Assembly (NCBI GenBank): GCA_036785375.1 | Contig: JAWMAR010000062.1 | Coordinates: forward strand, 7,440,001-7,504,000 | Origin: Leucoraja ocellata | Taxonomy: Eukaryota | Length of the DNA stretch: 64,000 nt | Reading direction: 5' to 3' | Shown: positions 60,462 to 64,000 of the stretch, in pieces | Numbering within the stretch: position 1 is the stretch's first letter | How the letters are laid out: each line of letters starts with the position of its first letter | Position numbers and translations under genes: made by a program | Notes under the pieces: model-generated | Database searches by the model: none | What the model was told of the DNA's origin: nothing | Seen by the model: the letters and a program-made list of their open reading frames with translations, nothing else

Positions 60462-63400
60462 AGGGATGGATTGTATCTTAACAGGTGGGGGACCAGCATT
60501 CTGGCAGGCAGGTTTGCCACTGCTACACGGGTGGTTTTAAACTGAATAAGGGGGGTGTCGAATGGGATAGTTGAGGATGGAGTTAAAGGGAAAGGGTTTC
60601 TTAAATGTGTGAGCGTAGAGACAGAGGGGTGTAAAATGAAGGTAGAAGCAATAGGTAGCAAGGCGAAAAGTAAAAGTGGCAGGCAGACAAATCCAGGGCA
60701 AAAATCAAAAAGGGTCACTTTTCAACATAATTGTATAAGGGGTAAGAATGTTGTAAAAACAAGCCTGAAGGCTTTGTGTCTCAATGTAAGGAGCATTCGT
60801 AATAAGGTGGATGAGTTAAATGTGCAGATAGCTATTAATGACTATGATATAGTTGGGATCATGGAGACATGGCTCCAGGGTGACCAAAGCTGGGAGCTGA
60901 ACATCCAGGGATATTCAATATTCAGGAGGGATAGACAGAAAGGGAAAGGAGATGGGGTAGCGTTGCTGGTTAGATAGCAGATTAACGCAATAGAAAGGAA
61001 GGATATTAGCTTGGAGGATGTGGAATCGATATGGGTAGAGCTGCGAAACACTAAGGGGCAGACATCGCTAGTGGGAGATGTGTACAGGCCACCTAACAGT
61101 AGTAGTGGAGTTGAGGATGGCATCAAACAGGAAATTAGAAATGTGTGCAAAGGTAAAACAGTCGTAATGGGTGACTTCAATCTACATATAGATTGGGTGA
61201 ATCAAATTGGCAAGGGTGCTGAGGAAAAGGATTTCTTGGAATGTATGCGGGATAGTTTTCTAAACCAACATGTAGAGGAACCAACGAGAGAGCAGGCTAT
61301 TCTAGATTGGGTATTGCGTAATGAGAAAGGGTTAGTTAGCAGTCTTGTTGTGCGTGACCCCTTGGGCAAGAGTGACCATAATATGGTTGCGTTCTTCATT
61401 AGGATGGAGAGTGACATTGTTAATTCAGAAATAAGGGTCCTGAACTTAAAGAAAGGTAACTTTGAGGGTATGAGGCGTGAATTGGCCAAGATAGACTGGC
61501 AATTGATTCTTAATGGGTTGACGTTGGATATGCAATGGAAGGCATTTAAAGACTGCATGGATGAACTACAACAATTGTTCATCCTAGTTTGGCAAAAAAA
61601 TAAATCAGGGAAGGTAGTGCATCCGTGGATAACAAGGGAATTCAGGGATAGTATCAAAACAAAAGATGAAGCGTACAAATTAGCCAGAAAAAGCAGCCTA
61701 CCAGTGGACTGGGAGAAATTCAGAGTCCAGCAGAGGAGGACAAAGGGCTTAATTAGGAAAGGGAAAATAGATTATGAAAGAAAACTGCCAGGGAACATAA
61801 AAATTGACTGCAAAAGCTTTTATAGATATGTGAAGAGAAAAAGATTAGTTAAAACAAATGTAGGTCCCTTGCAGACAGAAACAGGTGAATTGATCATGGG
61901 GAACAAGGGCATGGCAGACTAATTGAATAACTACTTTGGTTCTGTCTTCACTAAGGAAGACATAAATAATCTGCCGGAAAAAGCAGGGGACCGGGGGTCA
62001 AATGAGATGGAGGAACTCAGTGAATTCCAGGTTAGCCGGGAAGTGGTGTTAGGTAAATTGAATGGATTAAAGGCCGATAAATCCCCAGATAGGCTGCATC
62101 CCAGAGTACTTAAGGAAGTATCCCCAGAAATAGTGGATGCATTAGTGATAATTTTTCAAAACTCTTTAGATTCTGGAGTAGTTCCTGAGGATTGGAGGGT
62201 AGCTAATGTAACCCCACGTTTTAAAATGAGAGAGAGAGAGAAAACGGGGAATTACAGACCAGTTAGTCTAACGTCGGTAGTGGGGAAACTGCTAGAAACA
62301 GTTATTAAAGATGGCATAGCAGCACATTTGGAAAGTGGTGAAATAATTGGACAAAGTCAGCATGGATTTACGAACGGTAAATCATGTCTGACGAATCTTA
62401 TAGAATTTTTCGAGGATGTAACTAGAAGAGAGGATAAGGGAGAACCATTGGATGTGTTATATCTGGACTTTCAGGAGGCTTTCGACAATGTCCCACATAA
62501 GAGATTAGTATACAAACTTAAAGCACACGGTATTGGGGGTTCAGAAATAATGTGGATAGAGAACTGGCTGGCAGACAGGAAGCAAAGAGTAGGAGTAAAC
62601 GGGTCCTTTTCAAAATGGCAGGCAGTGACTAGTGGGGTACCGCAAGGCTCAGTGCTGGGACCCCAGCTATTTACGATATATATTAATGATTTGGACGAGG
62701 GAATTGAATGCAACATCTCCAAGTTGGGGGGGGGGGGGGGGGGGGGCAGTGTTAGCTGTGTGGAGGATGCCAGGATGCTACAAGGTGACTTGGATAGGCT
62801 GGGTGAGTGGGCAAATCCATGGCACTTGCAGTATAATGTGGTAAATGTGAGGTTATCCACTTTGGTGGCAAAAACAGGAAAGTAGACTATTATCTGAATG
62901 GTGGCCGATTAGCAAAGGGGGAGATGCAAAGAGACCTGGGTGTCATGGTACACCAGTCATTAAAAATAGGCATGCAGGTGCAGCAGGCAGTGAAGAAGAC
63001 GAATGGTATGTTAGCATTCATAGCAAAATGATTTGAGTATAGGAGCAGGGAGGTTCTACTGCAGTTGTACAGGGTCTTGGTGAGACCACACCTGGAGTAT
63101 TGCGTACAGTTTTGGTCTCCTAATCTGAGGAAAGACATTCTTGCCATAGAGGGAGTGCAGAGAAGGTTCACCAGGATAATTCCTGGGATGTCAGGACTTT
63201 CATATGAAGAAAGACTGGATAGACTCGGCTTGTACTCCCTAGAATTTAGAAGATTGAGGGGGGATCTTATAGGAACTTACAAAATTCTTAAGGGGTTGGA
63301 CAGGCTAGATGCAGGAAGATTGTTCCCTATGTTGGGGAAGTCCAGAACAAGGGGTCACAGTTTAAGGATAAGGGGGAAATCTTTTAGGACTGAGATGAGG

Positions 63401-63656
63401 GAAACATTTTTCACACAGAGTGGTGAATCTCTGGAATTCTCTGCCATAGAAGTTAGTTGAGGCCAGTTCATTGGCTATATTTAAGAGGGAGTTAGATGTG
63501 GCCCTTGTGGCTAAATGGATCAGGGGGTATGAAGAGAAGGCAGGTACAGGATACTGAGTTGGATGATCAGCCATGATCATATTGAATGGCGGTGCAGGCT
63601 CGAAGAGCCGAATGGCCTACTCCTGCACCTATTTTCTATGTTTCTATGTTTCTATG
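60462..63656 (+). mobile_element. CR1 LINE: end of ORF1 (esterase-like) and near-complete, inactivated ORF2
   Basis: RDGLYLNRWGTSILAGRF...LN* (60462-60545); EN and RT motifs in ORFs 60555-63460; stops at 60975 and 61920; FADD deleted at ~62723; (tttctatg)n tail. Confidence 0.95.
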
Positions 63657-64000
63657 AAAGGAGATGGGATAGAATTATTTTTTTTATTTGTGATTTGAAT
63701 TAAGTTAAGAGACAGGACACCTTTTGTTCAAGTCCTTTAAAGCAAATATACCAAGAATTAGATGATTGGCAGATTAAATGAAAGGACAAAACATTTACAG
63801 GCCATGGCCAATGTTGACAAATGGAAGGTCATTGTCTTAGAATTTAAGAAAATTATGGTGACGGAGTAGAATCTGCAGAATACCTAAGTGATATGAGTAT
63901 CGAAATTCCAAAATTATTTAAAGTTAATAGATATCTACAAAAAGCAATTAACAAGGCCAATGGAAAATTGGGCTTTATTTTGAAGCTCCTCCAGCACCTT

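Noticed and set aside
60440-63670. TSD or activity for the long CR1
   Set aside because: Only a short atgaa match at the flanks; ORF2 has stops, frameshifts and no catalytic motif.

Overview
Eukaryotic, repeat-dense DNA with no intact host gene recognised. The repeat repertoire (HER1-like CR1 LINEs, HE1/V-SINEs, Deu/SacSINE-like SINEs, Rex1, Penelope termini) points to a cartilaginous fish, probably a skate or ray (inference). It contains two long decayed CR1 LINEs, a terminus-complete but coding-decayed DIRS1 tyrosine-recombinase retrotransposon (45350-49785), PIF/Harbinger-type MITEs with 3-bp TSDs, a HERO (R2-group) fragment, and the 5' end of a P-like element with an intact THAP exon. Most notable is a set of non-autonomous Helitron-like elements (5' TC, 3' hairpin+CTAG). 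They carry a conserved TATA/Inr promoter module, internal minisatellites and captured GC-rich segments, one of which is recognisably ALG13 exon 1 with its splice donor. Many short Penelope-derived, often palindromic insertions carry minimal hammerhead-ribozyme motifs and 8-17 bp TSDs. There are four assembly gaps. All identifications were made by eye, and most boundaries are approximate.
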